A program made the translations under genes and the position numbers. A model generated the notes under the pieces. The model saw only the letters and a list, made by a program, of their open reading frames with translations, ran no database searches and was not told the DNA's origin. A stretch of 63,929 bases of DNA, the filler included. It is 9 parts of 9 records of this genome, joined end to end, with 100 filler letters (N's around TTAATTAATTAA, not from the genome) between each part and the next. Parts side by side here need not be neighbours in the genome. Positions count along the whole stretch, not along the records: positions 48,332 to 58,683 come from SRR31156797_33170; positions 58,784 to 63,929 come from SRR31156797_33379; 7 more parts are not named here. One strand, written 5' to 3'. Shown here piece after piece: positions 50,528 through 63,114 of the stretch (the first letter of the stretch is position 1; the number at the start of each line of letters is the position of its first letter).

Positions 50528-51367
50528 ATGCGTACCATTAAAGCTGAACAGGTTATCGATGCTGTGGCGAAAATGTGCGTAAGCGCAAATCGCTACCTGC
50601 CTGCCGATGTCCGCAAGCGTTTTGAAGAATGTGCCGCTGCCGAGGATTCCCCGGCCGCAAAGGAAGTCTTCAGGCAGATCAAGGAAAATTGGGAATTGGC
50701 TGAAGAATCCGGTCTGCCGCTCTGTCAGGATACCGGATTGGCCGTGTATATAGTTGAAATGGGCGAAGATGTGCGTGTCGAAGGCATGAACATTCGCGAA
50801 GCCATCAACGAGGGAACCCGCAAGGGTTACGAAGAAGGGTTCCTGCGCAAGTCCGCTTGTGATCCTCTGACTCGTGCCAATACTAAAGACAACACTCCGG
50901 CCATTATTCATTTTGATATAGTCCCCGGTGACAAGATCAAAATCACTTTCATGGCCAAGGGTGGCGGTTCCGAGAATATGAGCCGGGTGACCATGCTCGC
51001 TCCGGCTCAGGGCTGGGAAGGTATCAAGAAATTCGTCATCGAGCGGGTTGCTGAAGCAGGTCCCAACCCCTGCCCCCCGACTATGGTCGGTATCGGGGTG
51101 GGCGGAACCTTTGAATATTCCGCACTGCTGGCTAAAAAGTCACTGATGCGCAAAGTGGGCGAACCTCATCCTGACCCGGAAATGGCTAAGCTTGAAGCTG
51201 AACTCATGGAAGAGATTAATAAGCTCGGCATCGGTCCCATGGGACTGGGTGGCAAGACTACCGTTTTTGACGTGAAGATCGAAATGCGCCCCTGCCACAT
51301 CGCGTCCCTGCCGCTGGCAGTGAACATCCAGTGTCATTCTTCCAGACACGAGGAGGTGGAACTCTAA
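50528..51367 (+). CDS. Fe-S fumarate hydratase, alpha subunit
   Basis: PLCQDTG, KGGGSEN, GPNPCPP, GIGPMGLGG, CHIASLP, QCHSSRH. Confidence 0.93.
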   Translation: MRTIKAEQVIDAVAKMCVSANRYLPADVRKRFEECAAAEDSPAAKEVFRQIKENWELAEESGLPLCQDTGLAVYIVEMGEDVRVEGMNIREAINEGTRKGYEEGFLRKSACDPLTRANTKDNTPAIIHFDIVPGDKIKITFMAKGGGSENMSRVTMLAPAQGWEGIKKFVIERVAEAGPNPCPPTMVGIGVGGTFEYSALLAKKSLMRKVGEPHPDPEMAKLEAELMEEINKLGIGPMGLGGKTTVFDVKIEMRPCHIASLPLAVNIQCHSSRHEEVEL

Positions 51368-51924
51368 TGGCTGAATACAAACTTACCACCCCGCTTACTG
51401 ATGAAGATATGGTCCAGCTTAAGGCCGGTGATGTGGTCAAATTGACCGGAACCATCTACACCGCTCGCGATGCTGCCCACAAAAGACTTTGTGACCTGCT
51501 TGATGCCGGTAAAGAACTTCCTTTCGAATTGAAAGGTTCGGTGGTCTACTACGTCGGTCCCAGCCCGGCGCCTCTGGGCAGGCCCATCGGTTCCGCAGGA
51601 CCGACCACCAGTTACCGCATGGACACTTACGCACCCCGGCTGCACAGCCTCGGCCAGAAGGCCAGCATCGGCAAGGGTAAGCGTAATGATGAGGTCAAGC
51701 AGGCCTTGAAGGATAATAAAGCTGTTTATTTTGGAGCGACCGGAGGTGCCGGTGCTCTGCTTTCCATGTGTATCAAGGATGCGAAAGTTATCGCTTTTGA
51801 TGAACTTGGTCCCGAAGCTATCCGTGAATTGACAGTTGAGGATTTTCCTCTGCTGGTCATCAATGATTCCCACGGTGGCGAATTGTATGCCGTCCCTGAC
51901 CGTAAGGCGGCAGGTGTTGAGTAA
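51367..51924 (+). CDS. Fe-S fumarate hydratase, beta subunit
   Basis: TARDAAHKR, GPTTSYRMD, IGKG, GGAGAL; TAATG overlap with alpha. Confidence 0.93.
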   Translation: MAEYKLTTPLTDEDMVQLKAGDVVKLTGTIYTARDAAHKRLCDLLDAGKELPFELKGSVVYYVGPSPAPLGRPIGSAGPTTSYRMDTYAPRLHSLGQKASIGKGKRNDEVKQALKDNKAVYFGATGGAGALLSMCIKDAKVIAFDELGPEAIRELTVEDFPLLVINDSHGGELYAVPDRKAAGVE

Positions 51925-51965
51925 CAAGTCGGCTGATTTATAGCTGACAATCAAGGAGAATATTT

Positions 51966-53285
51966 ATGGCTCTTTTCACAAAACAGGAAGCTCTTGATTA
52001 CCATTCCAAAGGTAGAAAGGGTAAAGTTGAAGTCGTTCCCGTAAAACCTTGTGATACCCAGAAACATCTTTCCATGGCTTACAGCCCCGGTGTTGCTGAA
52101 TCATGTAAGGAAATTGCTGAAGATAAAGAAAAATCCTATCTCTACACCGCTCGTGGAAACCTTGTTGCTGTTGTTTCCAACGGTACCGCTGTTCTGGGTC
52201 TTGGTAATATCGGTCCTGAAGCGGGTAAGCCGGTTATGGAAGGTAAAGGCGTTCTCTTTAAAGTCTTCGCCGACATTGATGTTTTCGATATCAACCTTGA
52301 TGTCACCGACCCTGATGAACTTTGCAAAATCGTAAAAGCTATGGAACCCACCTTCGGCGGTATCAACCTCGAAGATATCAAGGCTCCTGAATGCTTCTAC
52401 ATTGAAGAGAAGCTCAAAAAAGAAATGGATATTCCGGTTTTCCACGATGACCAGCACGGTACTGCCATCATCTCCGGTGCAGGACTGATCAACGCTGCTG
52501 AAATTACCGGTAAGAAAATTGAAGATATGCGTCTGGTTGTTTCCGGCGCTGGTGCTTCCGCTGTTGCTTGCACCACCTTCTATAAATCTTTGGGTATCAA
52601 GCCTGAGAACATTGCTATGTTCGACTCCCGCGGCCACATCAACAACAGCCGTGAAGGTCTTAACGCGCAGAAGCAGTCTTTTGCCACTGATAAGGAATAC
52701 AAAGATCTCGCCGATGCCATGAATGGTGCCGACGTATTCCTCGGTCTGTCCGTAAAAGGCATGGTCACCAAAGATATGGTTAAATCCATGGCTGACTCCC
52801 CCATCATCTTTGCCATGGCTAACCCTGATCCTGAAATTTCTTACACCGATGCCAAGGAAGCCCGCCCCGATGCCATCATGGGTACCGGACGTTCCGATTA
52901 TCCGAACCAGATCAATAACGTTCTGGGCTTTCCCTTCATCTTCCGTGGAGCGCTGGATGTAAACGCCACATCCATCAATGAGGAAATGAAGATTGCTGCA
53001 GCCAAGTCTTTGGCCGCTCTGGCTAAAGAACCGGCACCAGATTACGTTTGTGAAGCTTACGGTGTGGATAAACTTGAATTCGGCATCGATTACATCATTC
53101 CCAAGCCGCTTGACCTGCGCCTGATCGAATTCGAATCAGCAGCAGTTGCACAGGCCGCTATGGATACCGGTGTAGCCCGTAAGAAGATCGACATTGAAGA
53201 ATACAAGAAGGAACTGCGCGAACGTCTGGCTGCTTCCAGAGAACGTGTGGGTGATTTCATCAAGTCCTACAATCTCGATTTCTAA
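51966..53285 (+). CDS. Malic enzyme (NAD(P)-dependent, no PTA domain)
   Basis: [52 protein letters not shown]. Confidence 0.95.
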   Translation: MALFTKQEALDYHSKGRKGKVEVVPVKPCDTQKHLSMAYSPGVAESCKEIAEDKEKSYLYTARGNLVAVVSNGTAVLGLGNIGPEAGKPVMEGKGVLFKVFADIDVFDINLDVTDPDELCKIVKAMEPTFGGINLEDIKAPECFYIEEKLKKEMDIPVFHDDQHGTAIISGAGLINAAEITGKKIEDMRLVVSGAGASAVACTTFYKSLGIKPENIAMFDSRGHINNSREGLNAQKQSFATDKEYKDLADAMNGADVFLGLSVKGMVTKDMVKSMADSPIIFAMANPDPEISYTDAKEARPDAIMGTGRSDYPNQINNVLGFPFIFRGALDVNATSINEEMKIAAAKSLAALAKEPAPDYVCEAYGVDKLEFGIDYIIPKPLDLRLIEFESAAVAQAAMDTGVARKKIDIEEYKKELRERLAASRERVGDFIKSYNLDF

Positions 53286-53313
53286 TTCTGTTTTAGTAAT
53301 TTATTTAAAATAA

Positions 53314-53343
53314 CCCCTCCCGGTCTTTCGGGGCCGGGAGGGT
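53314..53343 (+). other. GC-rich intercistronic hairpin (terminator or mRNA stabiliser)
   Basis: CCCTCCCGGTC...GGCCGGGAGGG with no clear U-tract. Confidence 0.55.
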
Positions 53344-53489
53344 ACAAATGGTGGTGAGGTCCTAGTATGTAAAGTATCGGCAGTCCTGACGGATCAGGCA
53401 GGTGTTTCCAAGTGCGTTGACAAACCGTTTTACGGGGCATGAGGAGTCATTTTTTCCGTGAGGGAGGCCACAAGCTCAAGTGAGGGACT

Positions 53490-55028
53490 ATGAGCGATCA
53501 ACAAGACAGTGGTAACGGACGTAGAATTGGCTTTTTTGTAGGGCCGATCGTTTTTCTAATCATGCTTCTTCTTCCGGCTCCTGAAGGAATGAATCCGGCA
53601 GCATGGAAGGTTGCGGCAGTAACGGTACTGATGGCTATCTGGTGGATTACCGAAGCCATTCCTATTCCTGCGACATCTCTTATGCCTATCGCACTCTTTC
53701 CGCTTCTGGGCGTTATGAAATCCAAAGCGGCGTGTGCTCCTTATGCAAACCATCTCATTTACCTGTTCATGGGTGGCTTCTTTCTGGCTGTAACCATGGA
53801 AAGGTGGAACCTGCACAGACGTATTGCACTGCATACCATTAAAACAGTGGGAACCAGCCCCGGGCGCATGATCCTCGGATTCATGATCGCTACCGGGTTT
53901 CTTTCCATGTGGGTTTCCAACACAGCAACAACCATGATGATGGTTCCTATCGGTCTGGCTGTTATCCAACAGGCCACCGGTTTTGATTCCAAAGATCTCA
54001 GAGCCTGCGCCAACACAGGCCCCGAATCCAACTTCGGTAAATGTCTCATGCTCGGTATCGCCTATGCTGCTTCCATGGGTGGTGTCGGTACCATTATCGG
54101 TACTCCTCCGAATACCGTAATGGTCGGTATGGTTGACAAAATGTATGGCGTGCAGATCGGCTTCGGTCAGTGGATGCTTTACGGTGTTCCCCTTGCCACA
54201 GTTATGATCGGCATTTCATGGTGGATTCTGACCAGAGTTCTGTTCCCGGCCAAGGGTCTGGAACTGGCTGGTGGTGAAGCTATCATTGATAAAGAAATCG
54301 CGGCTCTTGGACCTATGTCCAAAGAAGAAAAATATATCGTTGTTGTCGGTTGCTTTGTCGCCGCTTTCTGGCTGTCCCGCGGATTTCTTAAGAAAGCAGC
54401 TTTCATGGCTGACCTCTGGCCCAACTTTGGTTTCGTTCACGATGCAACTATTGGTATTCTTGGTTCTTTGATTCTTTTCGCTATTCCTACCGATTTCAAG
54501 AAAGGTAAATTCCTTCTGGATTGGAAAACCGCGGTAAAGATTCCCTGGGACGTAATCCTGCTCTTCGGTGGTGGTCTGGCAATAGCCAACGGTTTCTCCA
54601 AGACCGGACTGGCAACTTTCATCGCTTCAAGGCTGACCATGCTTGAAGGCATGACCATCCTGATGTTCGTTGCAGTTGTTGTTCTTATCACCATCTTCCT
54701 GACAGAAATCACTTCCAACACCGCCACCGCGACTTTGCTCGTACCCATCATGGGTAGTGCGGCAATCGCCATGGGTGTACACCCATTTGCCACCATCGTC
54801 GGTGCCTGTGTTGCGGCTTCTTTTGCCTTCATGCTTCCGGTTGCAACCCCGCCCAACGCTGTTGTGTTCGGTTCCGGCTGTGTGTCCATTAAACAGATGG
54901 CCTCGGCTGGTTTCTGGTTGAACATGATCGGTGCGGTTCTGATCACATTTTCCGTGGTCTATCTGCTACCGGTACTCTGGGGCATAGATTTAAGTGTCCT
55001 CCCAGACTGGGCTGTTATGCCTAAGTAA
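53490..55028 (+). CDS. DASS/SLC13 sodium:dicarboxylate symporter
   Basis: WITEAIPIPAT, LSMWVSNTAT, IGTPPN, TEITSNTAT, FMLPVATPPNA. Confidence 0.95.
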   Translation: MSDQQDSGNGRRIGFFVGPIVFLIMLLLPAPEGMNPAAWKVAAVTVLMAIWWITEAIPIPATSLMPIALFPLLGVMKSKAACAPYANHLIYLFMGGFFLAVTMERWNLHRRIALHTIKTVGTSPGRMILGFMIATGFLSMWVSNTATTMMMVPIGLAVIQQATGFDSKDLRACANTGPESNFGKCLMLGIAYAASMGGVGTIIGTPPNTVMVGMVDKMYGVQIGFGQWMLYGVPLATVMIGISWWILTRVLFPAKGLELAGGEAIIDKEIAALGPMSKEEKYIVVVGCFVAAFWLSRGFLKKAAFMADLWPNFGFVHDATIGILGSLILFAIPTDFKKGKFLLDWKTAVKIPWDVILLFGGGLAIANGFSKTGLATFIASRLTMLEGMTILMFVAVVVLITIFLTEITSNTATATLLVPIMGSAAIAMGVHPFATIVGACVAASFAFMLPVATPPNAVVFGSGCVSIKQMASAGFWLNMIGAVLITFSVVYLLPVLWGIDLSVLPDWAVMPK

Positions 55029-55038
55029 CACCCCCTAC

Positions 55039-55076
55039 GTTTCCGGGCGGATTGTTCCGTCCGGAAACCAATTTCT
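55039..55076 (+). terminator. Probable terminator after the DASS gene
   Basis: GTTTCCGGGCGGA-TTGT-TCCGTCCGGAAAC followed by a T-rich tail. Confidence 0.6.
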
Positions 55077-55398
55077 CTTGGTATTTAAAATTCTTCTTTG
55101 AAATTTTTCTGCAGCCATATGGTTGCGGATTCCATATCTGCGTCCGAAATTCGGACCGGGAGACACCGGATGTTCCGCAAGCATCCTCCGGCAGGGCCAC
55201 GACCTGTTTGCCTTTTTAGCGCTACAAAGGGTTGCAGCTTATATTCAAGGCAGCACGGCGGACCTCATCAGCACCTCCTGTGGCCTTTGCCGGGTGTCTC
55301 CAAATCAGACACTTTTTCCGTTAGCTCATAGACGTGATTAAAAATAAAAGATTTGGTATTAATGAATTCCCATGCAGTAACTGAATTCAGGAGAAAGA

Positions 55399-57528
55399 AT
55401 GTCAAAGAGCTTATACATTGCGGCAACAGAGGCCCGGAGCGGAAAATCTGCAATTGTTCTCGGGGTTATGCAGCTGCTTTTGACCCACCTGCGCAAGGTG
55501 GCGATTTTCAGGCCTATCATCCACGATAACTTCCATGAACGTGATCACGATATTGATCTCATCCTGCGCCATTTCAAGCTTCCACAAGATTACGATACTA
55601 CCTACGCTTACACCCAGAGTGAAGCGACCCGTCTGCTCAATGACGGCAAGCACTCTTTGCTCATGGAAAACGTTCTCGATCGCTTTAAAGAGCTGGAAGA
55701 AAATTATGATTTCGTACTTTGCGAGGGAACTGATTATCTTGGCGGTGAGGCTGCAGTTGAATTTGAGATTAATCTTGATGTAGCCAGCAATCTCGGCTGT
55801 CCGGTTTTGGCTGTGCTCAATGCCATGGACAGTTATGAAGATGAAATTTGCGATCTTGCCAATCGTACTGTGGCCATGTTTGAGGAAAAAGGGCTGGATG
55901 TTATTTCGGTCATGGTCAACCGGGCGGCTAAGGAATTTTCCCCTGATCTGGGAGAGCGGCTGCGCGGCTGCCTTAAGAGCGAAAGCAATCCCTTGGTCTA
56001 CGTGCTGCCCGATGACAAACGGCTGGGCAATCCGACAATGTCTGACGTGGTCAAATGGCTGGACTGTCGGGTACTTTACGGGCGTGACCGTCTTGATACA
56101 CCTATCGACAACTATGTGGTTGCGGCCATGCAGATTGAGAATTTTCTTAAATACGTTAATGATGGCAGTTTGATAATTACTCCCGGTGACCGTTCTGACA
56201 TTATCCTCGCCAGTCTTTCCTCGCGTCTTTCTGACGCTTATCCCAATGTCTCCGGCATTCTGCTCACAGGCGGAATTAAGCCGGCTATGACCGTCCATCA
56301 TTTAATAGAAGGGTGGAAGGGGGTGCCACTGCCCATTCTGGTAGCTCCGGGGCATACCCATAAGACCGCCCAGATTCTGCGTGGGTTGCACGGTAAGATT
56401 GATCCGGAAAACCAGGTTAAAGTACTTTCGGCCATGGGATTGTTTGAGACCTGTGTCGATTCCCATGAATTGCAGCAGAAGTTTGTTTCCAGCAGTTCCG
56501 CGCGAATCACTCCTTATATGTTTGAGCACACCCTTTTGCACAAGGCCCGTGAGGACAAGCAGCACATAGTTCTGCCCGAAGGCAAGGAAGAACGCATTCT
56601 GCGGGCTGCTGATATTCTGCGGCGCAGGGACGTTGTTGATTTGACTTTGCTAGGAAATGAGGAAGAGGTCCGGCAAGCGGCTTCGGATATCGGTATCAGC
56701 CTGAAGGGCATTGAAATTGTCGATCCGGTCAAATCTGAACACTTTGGTCGTTTTGTGGATGAGTATCTCGAGCTGCGCAAGCACAAGTGCATTGTTAAGG
56801 ATGATGCCCGTGATCGCATGAGCGATCCAACATATTTCGGGACCATGATGGTTTATACCGGAGTGGCTGACGGCATGGTTTCCGGTTCCATCACTACTAC
56901 CGCCCAGACCATCCGTCCGGCTTTTGAGTTCATTAAGACCAAACCCGGATTTTCCATTGTCTCCAGTGTTTTTCTCATGTGCCAGAATGACCGGGTCATG
57001 GCCTATGGTGATTGCGCTGTTAATCCCAACCCCAATGCACAGGAACTGGCTGAGATTGCCATCAGTTCCGCTCATACAGCAGGGATTTTTGGCATTGAAC
57101 CACGGGTGGCCATGCTTTCCTATTCCACCGGGGAGTCAGGCAAAGGGCAATCTGTGGATAAAGTTAAGGAAGCAACAGAGCTTGTTCGCAAGCATGCCCC
57201 GGAAATCGCGGTTGAAGGTCCGTTGCAATACGATGCCGCCGTGGACCCGGAAGTTGCTGCCGAGCTTATGCCGGAGAGCGAAGTTGCGGGACAGGCCACT
57301 GTTTTGATTTTTCCTGATCTCAACACCGGGAACAATACTTACAAGGCCGTGCAGCGGTCACAGCCGGAATCCGTTGCTATCGGGCCAGTTTTGCAGGGTT
57401 TGAAAAAACCGGTCAACGACCTGAGTCGCGGATGCACTGTGCGCGATGTTGTAAACACTGTGGCTATTACCGCCATTCAGGCTATTGCAGAGAAAGAGCG
57501 GCAGAAAAACCAAGCCGGGGAGGAATAA
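55399..57528 (+). CDS. pta: Phosphate acetyltransferase (long form with DRTGG domain)
   Basis: RSGKS, TPGDRSD, IVLPEG, GDCAVNPNP, GPLQYDAA, NNTYKAVQR, NDLSRG. Confidence 0.96.
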   Translation: MSKSLYIAATEARSGKSAIVLGVMQLLLTHLRKVAIFRPIIHDNFHERDHDIDLILRHFKLPQDYDTTYAYTQSEATRLLNDGKHSLLMENVLDRFKELEENYDFVLCEGTDYLGGEAAVEFEINLDVASNLGCPVLAVLNAMDSYEDEICDLANRTVAMFEEKGLDVISVMVNRAAKEFSPDLGERLRGCLKSESNPLVYVLPDDKRLGNPTMSDVVKWLDCRVLYGRDRLDTPIDNYVVAAMQIENFLKYVNDGSLIITPGDRSDIILASLSSRLSDAYPNVSGILLTGGIKPAMTVHHLIEGWKGVPLPILVAPGHTHKTAQILRGLHGKIDPENQVKVLSAMGLFETCVDSHELQQKFVSSSSARITPYMFEHTLLHKAREDKQHIVLPEGKEERILRAADILRRRDVVDLTLLGNEEEVRQAASDIGISLKGIEIVDPVKSEHFGRFVDEYLELRKHKCIVKDDARDRMSDPTYFGTMMVYTGVADGMVSGSITTTAQTIRPAFEFIKTKPGFSIVSSVFLMCQNDRVMAYGDCAVNPNPNAQELAEIAISSAHTAGIFGIEPRVAMLSYSTGESGKGQSVDKVKEATELVRKHAPEIAVEGPLQYDAAVDPEVAAELMPESEVAGQATVLIFPDLNTGNNTYKAVQRSQPESVAIGPVLQGLKKPVNDLSRGCTVRDVVNTVAITAIQAIAEKERQKNQAGEE

Positions 57529-57675
57529 CCTTTTAAAATATTTTTTGTGTGATTGAATGCACTTCCAAGTGGGATATCGCCTTTCGAGGCTTAATATGAA
57601 CCTTGGAAGTGCTGGTGTTTCAGGCATTTTGAACGGCTGACCAACTTTTTGCAATGTTCAGCCCGGAAGCTGTGA

Positions 57676-58683
<1,008 letters not shown>

Positions 58684-58783
58684 NNNNNNNNNNNNNNNNN
58701 NNNNNNNNNNNNNNNNNNNNNNNNNNNTTAATTAATTAANNNNNNNNNNNNNNNNNNNNNNNNNNNNNNNNNNNNNNNNNNNN
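58684..58783. other. Artificial contig linker
   Basis: N-run with TTAATTAATTAA. Confidence 0.99.
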
Positions 58784-59593
58784 TCCACCTAAGATAAAAG
58801 AAGCTACTTTTGCTTTATAGGCTTCCATAGAATTGACATCTATATCAAATGGACTCATAAAGTAGATATAAGATTGTTCTGTCTCTTTTTCTATCTCTTT
58901 ATATTGTACTTTGTCTGACATAGAAAACTTTTGAACTTGTGTTTTTCCAAGTGCTTGAAAGTTTTTCAAAATAGGTTGAATATTTTTAGAGATATTTTCA
59001 AGTTCAATATCTCCTCCCACTGCAATAATCAAATTATCAAGATTAAGGATAGTTTTTAGTTGTGCTTCGATATCGTTTAAAGTGATATCTTTTATACTCT
59101 CTTTGGTCCCAATGCTAGGAAGTTCAAGTGGAGTACTTTTAAAAGTAAGCTCTTTTAACTCTTTTGAAGCGATATAATCAAAGTCATTCTCTTTTTGCTC
59201 AATTCTACTAAGTGCTAATGTTTTGAGCTTTTCTAAAGTTTTTTCACTTAAATTTGGATCACTCAATAACTCATTTAAAAGATTAAGTGCAAGATCCATC
59301 TCACTTTTAAGACATGTTACTTCTATCACAAAAGTTTCAAATCCATTGGAAGTGTGGATTGAGATAGCATTGTTTTCTAGTTTTCGTGCAAAATTTACAC
59401 TGCCATCTTTTTGTGTTCCTTCATTAAGAAGTTGGGCACTAAGTGATGTGATCCCTGCATGTTTTCCATCATTGATATATCCACCATTAGTGAATATCAG
59501 TTGAAGATTGAAAATAGGTAAGGCATTGTATTTTTCAAAAATGGTTGCTATTTTTTTATTTTCAAAATGTATTTTTTCAAGTGTTGCTGACAT
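58784..59593 (-). CDS. M16-family peptidase-like protein (3' truncated)
   Basis: AAGGA RBS before MSATLE; LLNEGT, GTKESI, LIIAVGGD, FILGG; no HxxEH seen, so likely a non-catalytic subunit. Confidence 0.85.
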
Positions 59594-59649
59594 TAAAATT
59601 CCTTGTAAAAAAAAGAGTAGTAAAAATATAACTTTTAATTGTATCATTT

Positions 59650-60705
59650 TTAAAACCTTTGTAGTATAGTATATGCTGTATCCCGTTTTGCTGGGTTTTC
59701 CCCAAAGTCTTTGATAAGTTTTATCATCTCTTGCTGGTTCATCGAGTTTGTAGCTCCTGCGGCACTTACCACATTCTCTTCCATCATGGTACTTCCAAGA
59801 TCATTTGCTCCAAACTTTAAAGCCATTTGACCGATGTAACTCCCTTGTGTTACCCATGAACTTTGGATATTGGGAAAGTTATCAAGATAAAGTCTTGCAA
59901 CTGCTAAAAGCCTTAGGTATCTGTTTGAACTTTGAGGAGGGATATTTGGAAGCTCTTCAGCAAGTTTTGTATGGGCTGATTGAAAGCTCCACATAATAAA
60001 AGCTCTAAATCCAGCCGTTTCATCTTGTAAATCTCTTATCTTTTCCCAGTGATCAATGATCTGTTCATCACTTTCAACTGTTCCAAACATCATAGTAGCA
60101 GTTGATTTTACACCGATTTTATGAGCTTGTCGATGCACTTCAAGCCAGTCTTTTGTATCAAGTTTCTTAGGAGCAATGATATCTCTTACATCATCATTCA
60201 GTATCTCAGCTCCAGCCCCAGGAATCGAAGCTAAACCTTTGTCTTTTAGTCTTTGTAAGACCTCCTGATAAGAGATCTTTGAGATCTTTGAGATATAATC
60301 GATCTCAATAGCACTAAACCCGTGAATAGTGATCTGTGGATATTTTTTATGGATATGATCCACTAGCTCTTCATAAAAATCAATTTTAAGTTTTGGATGA
60401 ACTCCCCCTTGAAAAAGGATCTGGGTTCCACCTATCTCTAAAAGCTCATCTATCTTTTGATCAATCTCTTCATAGCTTAGTACATAAGCATCTTCATCTT
60501 TTTGATGGCGATAAAATGCACAAAACTTACAATCTACCCAGCAGATATTGGTATAGTTGATATTTCGATCCACTACAAAAGTTGTAACTTTTTTAGGGTG
60601 AAGCTGAAGCTTTCTTTCACTTGCCATTTGTGCAAGATCAAGCAATGAAGCATTTTGGATAAGATCTAAAGCTTCACTATTTGATATTCTTGTAAAATTA
60701 CTCAT
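59650..60705 (-). CDS. mqnC: Dehypoxanthine futalosine cyclase (radical SAM)
   Basis: DRNINYTNICWVDCKFCAF, QGGVHP, PGAGAEIL, STATMMFG, GSTMMEENVV. Confidence 0.93.
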   Translation of the reverse strand: MSNFTRISNSEALDLIQNASLLDLAQMASERKLQLHPKKVTTFVVDRNINYTNICWVDCKFCAFYRHQKDEDAYVLSYEEIDQKIDELLEIGGTQILFQGGVHPKLKIDFYEELVDHIHKKYPQITIHGFSAIEIDYISKISKISYQEVLQRLKDKGLASIPGAGAEILNDDVRDIIAPKKLDTKDWLEVHRQAHKIGVKSTATMMFGTVESDEQIIDHWEKIRDLQDETAGFRAFIMWSFQSAHTKLAEELPNIPPQSSNRYLRLLAVARLYLDNFPNIQSSWVTQGSYIGQMALKFGANDLGSTMMEENVVSAAGATNSMNQQEMIKLIKDFGENPAKRDTAYTILQRF

Positions 60706-60709
60706 AATA

Positions 60710-62929
60710 TTAGAACTGACCACCGAGATTAAATTCAAAACTAGATGTTTGCTCTCCCTCTTGGGCATCAAGTGCTTCAGCAAAGATAAACTGGATAGGT
60801 CCAACTGGTGATTGCCAAGAAAAAAGCACCCCAGCTCCTGATCTTTGATAATCTGTAAAGTTGTCTTCACCGATCATCCCATAATCATAAAATATTGCCC
60901 ATCTCATTTTTGCACTAGGAATTAAAGGAAAACCAAGTTCAATGGTATTTGAAAAATACCGTGTAAGAGGTCTTGTATCATCAATTGGCTGAAAGGCATA
61001 CGTCTCAAATCCTCTTAAACTTCTAGGACCCCCCATATAAAAGGTTTCACCATCTGGAATATTTCCAGTATCTTCTAAGAACTTTAGATTGTTTTTATAT
61101 CTAAAGATCACATCATAATCTAATATATCCTCAAGACCATAGAAGAATTTAAAGTATGTATTACTTAGCATATATCGTGCATCACCACCAATACCTGCAT
61201 ATTTTAAACTTGTCCCTGTACTAATCCCTTCTCTTGGAAGAAAATAGTCATCAGTATTATTATAGTTTATATACGGAGTAAATGCACTTGTTAAGAAGGC
61301 TGATTTAGGTGTTCCATCTTCATAAGTGATAGTTGAATCTGAAAGCTCATAGGTTGTACCAACACGTGTGTGTCTTCCAATAGATCGTCCAACTCCCACT
61401 AAGAATCCATACTCTTCAAGCTCTTTTTCATTATCTAAACTTCTATTGATGATCTCTGATTTTTCTCTATAGAGTTTTATTTGACCATCATATTTACTAT
61501 CGTAGATTGCTGGATTTTTTAATGATACTGAGAACTCTGTATTTACTTTAGAATAGTCTATAGAGAAACCTGCTCCTAAACCACTACCAAATACATTTTT
61601 ATCATTGATCGAACCATTGATCATCCATCCCTCATAACTTCCATATCCACCACCAATGACAATATTTCCAGTAGGTGCTTCGACCACAGTTACTTCAAGA
61701 TCAACCTTAGAAGCAGAAACTCTTTTTTGATTGAGTTCAACTTTTTCAAAATATCCAGTTCTTCTTAGCTTATTTCTAGAGTCTTTAAAATCAGTGAGAT
61801 TAAATAGATCACCTGGAGCTAGATACACATCTCTTCTAATAACTCTATCAAGTGTTCTTGTATTTCCTGAAATGATCACATCATTTATATATACTTTATC
61901 TCCAGGAACTACATTGTAGATAATATTTACTGTTTTTTTCTCTTTATCAGGGCTGATATTAAACTTCACATCAGCAAAGGCATACCCTTTGTCTGCAATT
62001 TGTGTTTTGATATATTCTTGATCTTTTCTTACTTGGTTGATATTAAAAATATCACCTTTTTCTAGTTTTAGTTCGTTTAAAAGATCTTCACTTTTTACGA
62101 TATTTTCATCTGTAAATAAGATGATCTCATTGACTGTATATTGTTCACCCTCTTCAATAGTGTATTCGATATTTGCACTATTAGAGTTAAAATCTATCTT
62201 TGAAAAAGGCTTACTGATTTTTGCATCTAAATACCCATTTTGTAAATAAAGATCTCGGATTCGAGCACTATCATATTCTAACTGCTCATAGCTCATCTCA
62301 CCATCATTCATCCCAAAAAACCATGTGAAACAACAATCTTCCTCTTTATTAGCAATAACAGTTTCAAAATCACTTGCTTCTAAGTTTTGGGCACCTTTAT
62401 AGTCGATCTTTTTAATAGTGATCTCATCCCCTTTGTTTACTTGAAAAACAACAGAAACACTATTTTCATTGATCTCATCAACAGATACTTCAACTACAGA
62501 GTTTACAAGACCTTCACGCTCCAATGCAGCCAAAAGAGCTTTTTTTGCATTTTGAACTCTTTGCTTTGTGTACATATTTCCTTTTTTAATATTCATTTGT
62601 GAATACAAAAGTTCCACTTCTTCTTCTCTGGTTTTATATCCAGTGATCTCAATATTTGAGATAAAAGGTTTCTCTTTAAAGTGGAAAGTTAAAACTTTAT
62701 TTTCATTAGTTACCCATATATCTCTAAAGTAGTCAAATCTATAAAACTCTTTAATAGCCTTATTGATCTCTTCCGCACTATAACTATTTTTTGATTTTAG
62801 ATTGATATTTTCTAATGCAACTCTTGTAGAGATTTGAGTAAGTCCCTCAAATTCTATTTTAGTAAATTCCTCATTTGCCATAAGAGCTACAGAAGAACAT
62901 AAAGATAAAAATAAAAGTTTTTTCAGCAA
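60710..62929 (-). CDS. bamA: Outer-membrane protein assembly factor BamA
   Basis: TTG start with AAGGA RBS; POTRA domains (GNTRTLDRVIRR); SLRGF; WQSPVGPIQF; terminal F. Confidence 0.95.
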   Translation of the reverse strand: MLKKLLFLSLCSSVALMANEEFTKIEFEGLTQISTRVALENINLKSKNSYSAEEINKAIKEFYRFDYFRDIWVTNENKVLTFHFKEKPFISNIEITGYKTREEEVELLYSQMNIKKGNMYTKQRVQNAKKALLAALEREGLVNSVVEVSVDEINENSVSVVFQVNKGDEITIKKIDYKGAQNLEASDFETVIANKEEDCCFTWFFGMNDGEMSYEQLEYDSARIRDLYLQNGYLDAKISKPFSKIDFNSNSANIEYTIEEGEQYTVNEIILFTDENIVKSEDLLNELKLEKGDIFNINQVRKDQEYIKTQIADKGYAFADVKFNISPDKEKKTVNIIYNVVPGDKVYINDVIISGNTRTLDRVIRRDVYLAPGDLFNLTDFKDSRNKLRRTGYFEKVELNQKRVSASKVDLEVTVVEAPTGNIVIGGGYGSYEGWMINGSINDKNVFGSGLGAGFSIDYSKVNTEFSVSLKNPAIYDSKYDGQIKLYREKSEIINRSLDNEKELEEYGFLVGVGRSIGRHTRVGTTYELSDSTITYEDGTPKSAFLTSAFTPYINYNNTDDYFLPREGISTGTSLKYAGIGGDARYMLSNTYFKFFYGLEDILDYDVIFRYKNNLKFLEDTGNIPDGETFYMGGPRSLRGFETYAFQPIDDTRPLTRYFSNTIELGFPLIPSAKMRWAIFYDYGMIGEDNFTDYQRSGAGVLFSWQSPVGPIQFIFAEALDAQEGEQTSSFEFNLGGQF

Positions 62930-63079
62930 AGCATTTCCTTTTATAAAATAAGTCAAAAAGTGTATCTAAAAGATGATTATAAATTAGTTAATTGAGTGAA
63001 GATATGTGGTTTTATTTAAAATTGGGTTTTAAATATTGTAATAATTATAGGAGAAGTGCCTCTACACGTCTTGTATGTA

Positions 63080-63108
63080 TTGACTTCTAATTTCTAATTT
63101 GATATAAT
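63080..63108 (+). promoter_or_regulatory. Consensus sigma-70 promoter
   Basis: TTGACT (63080-85), 17 nt, TATAAT (63103-08), with extended -10 TG; predicted TSS near 63115. Confidence 0.85.
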
Positions 63109-63114
63109 TTTCCC

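Noticed and set aside
55098-55341. Short ORFs between the DASS gene and pta
   Set aside because: No RBS, motif or codon bias; probably intergenic
60706-60870. N-terminal extension of mqnC in the ORF track
   Set aside because: Overlaps the bamA 3' end; real start is probably ATG 60705
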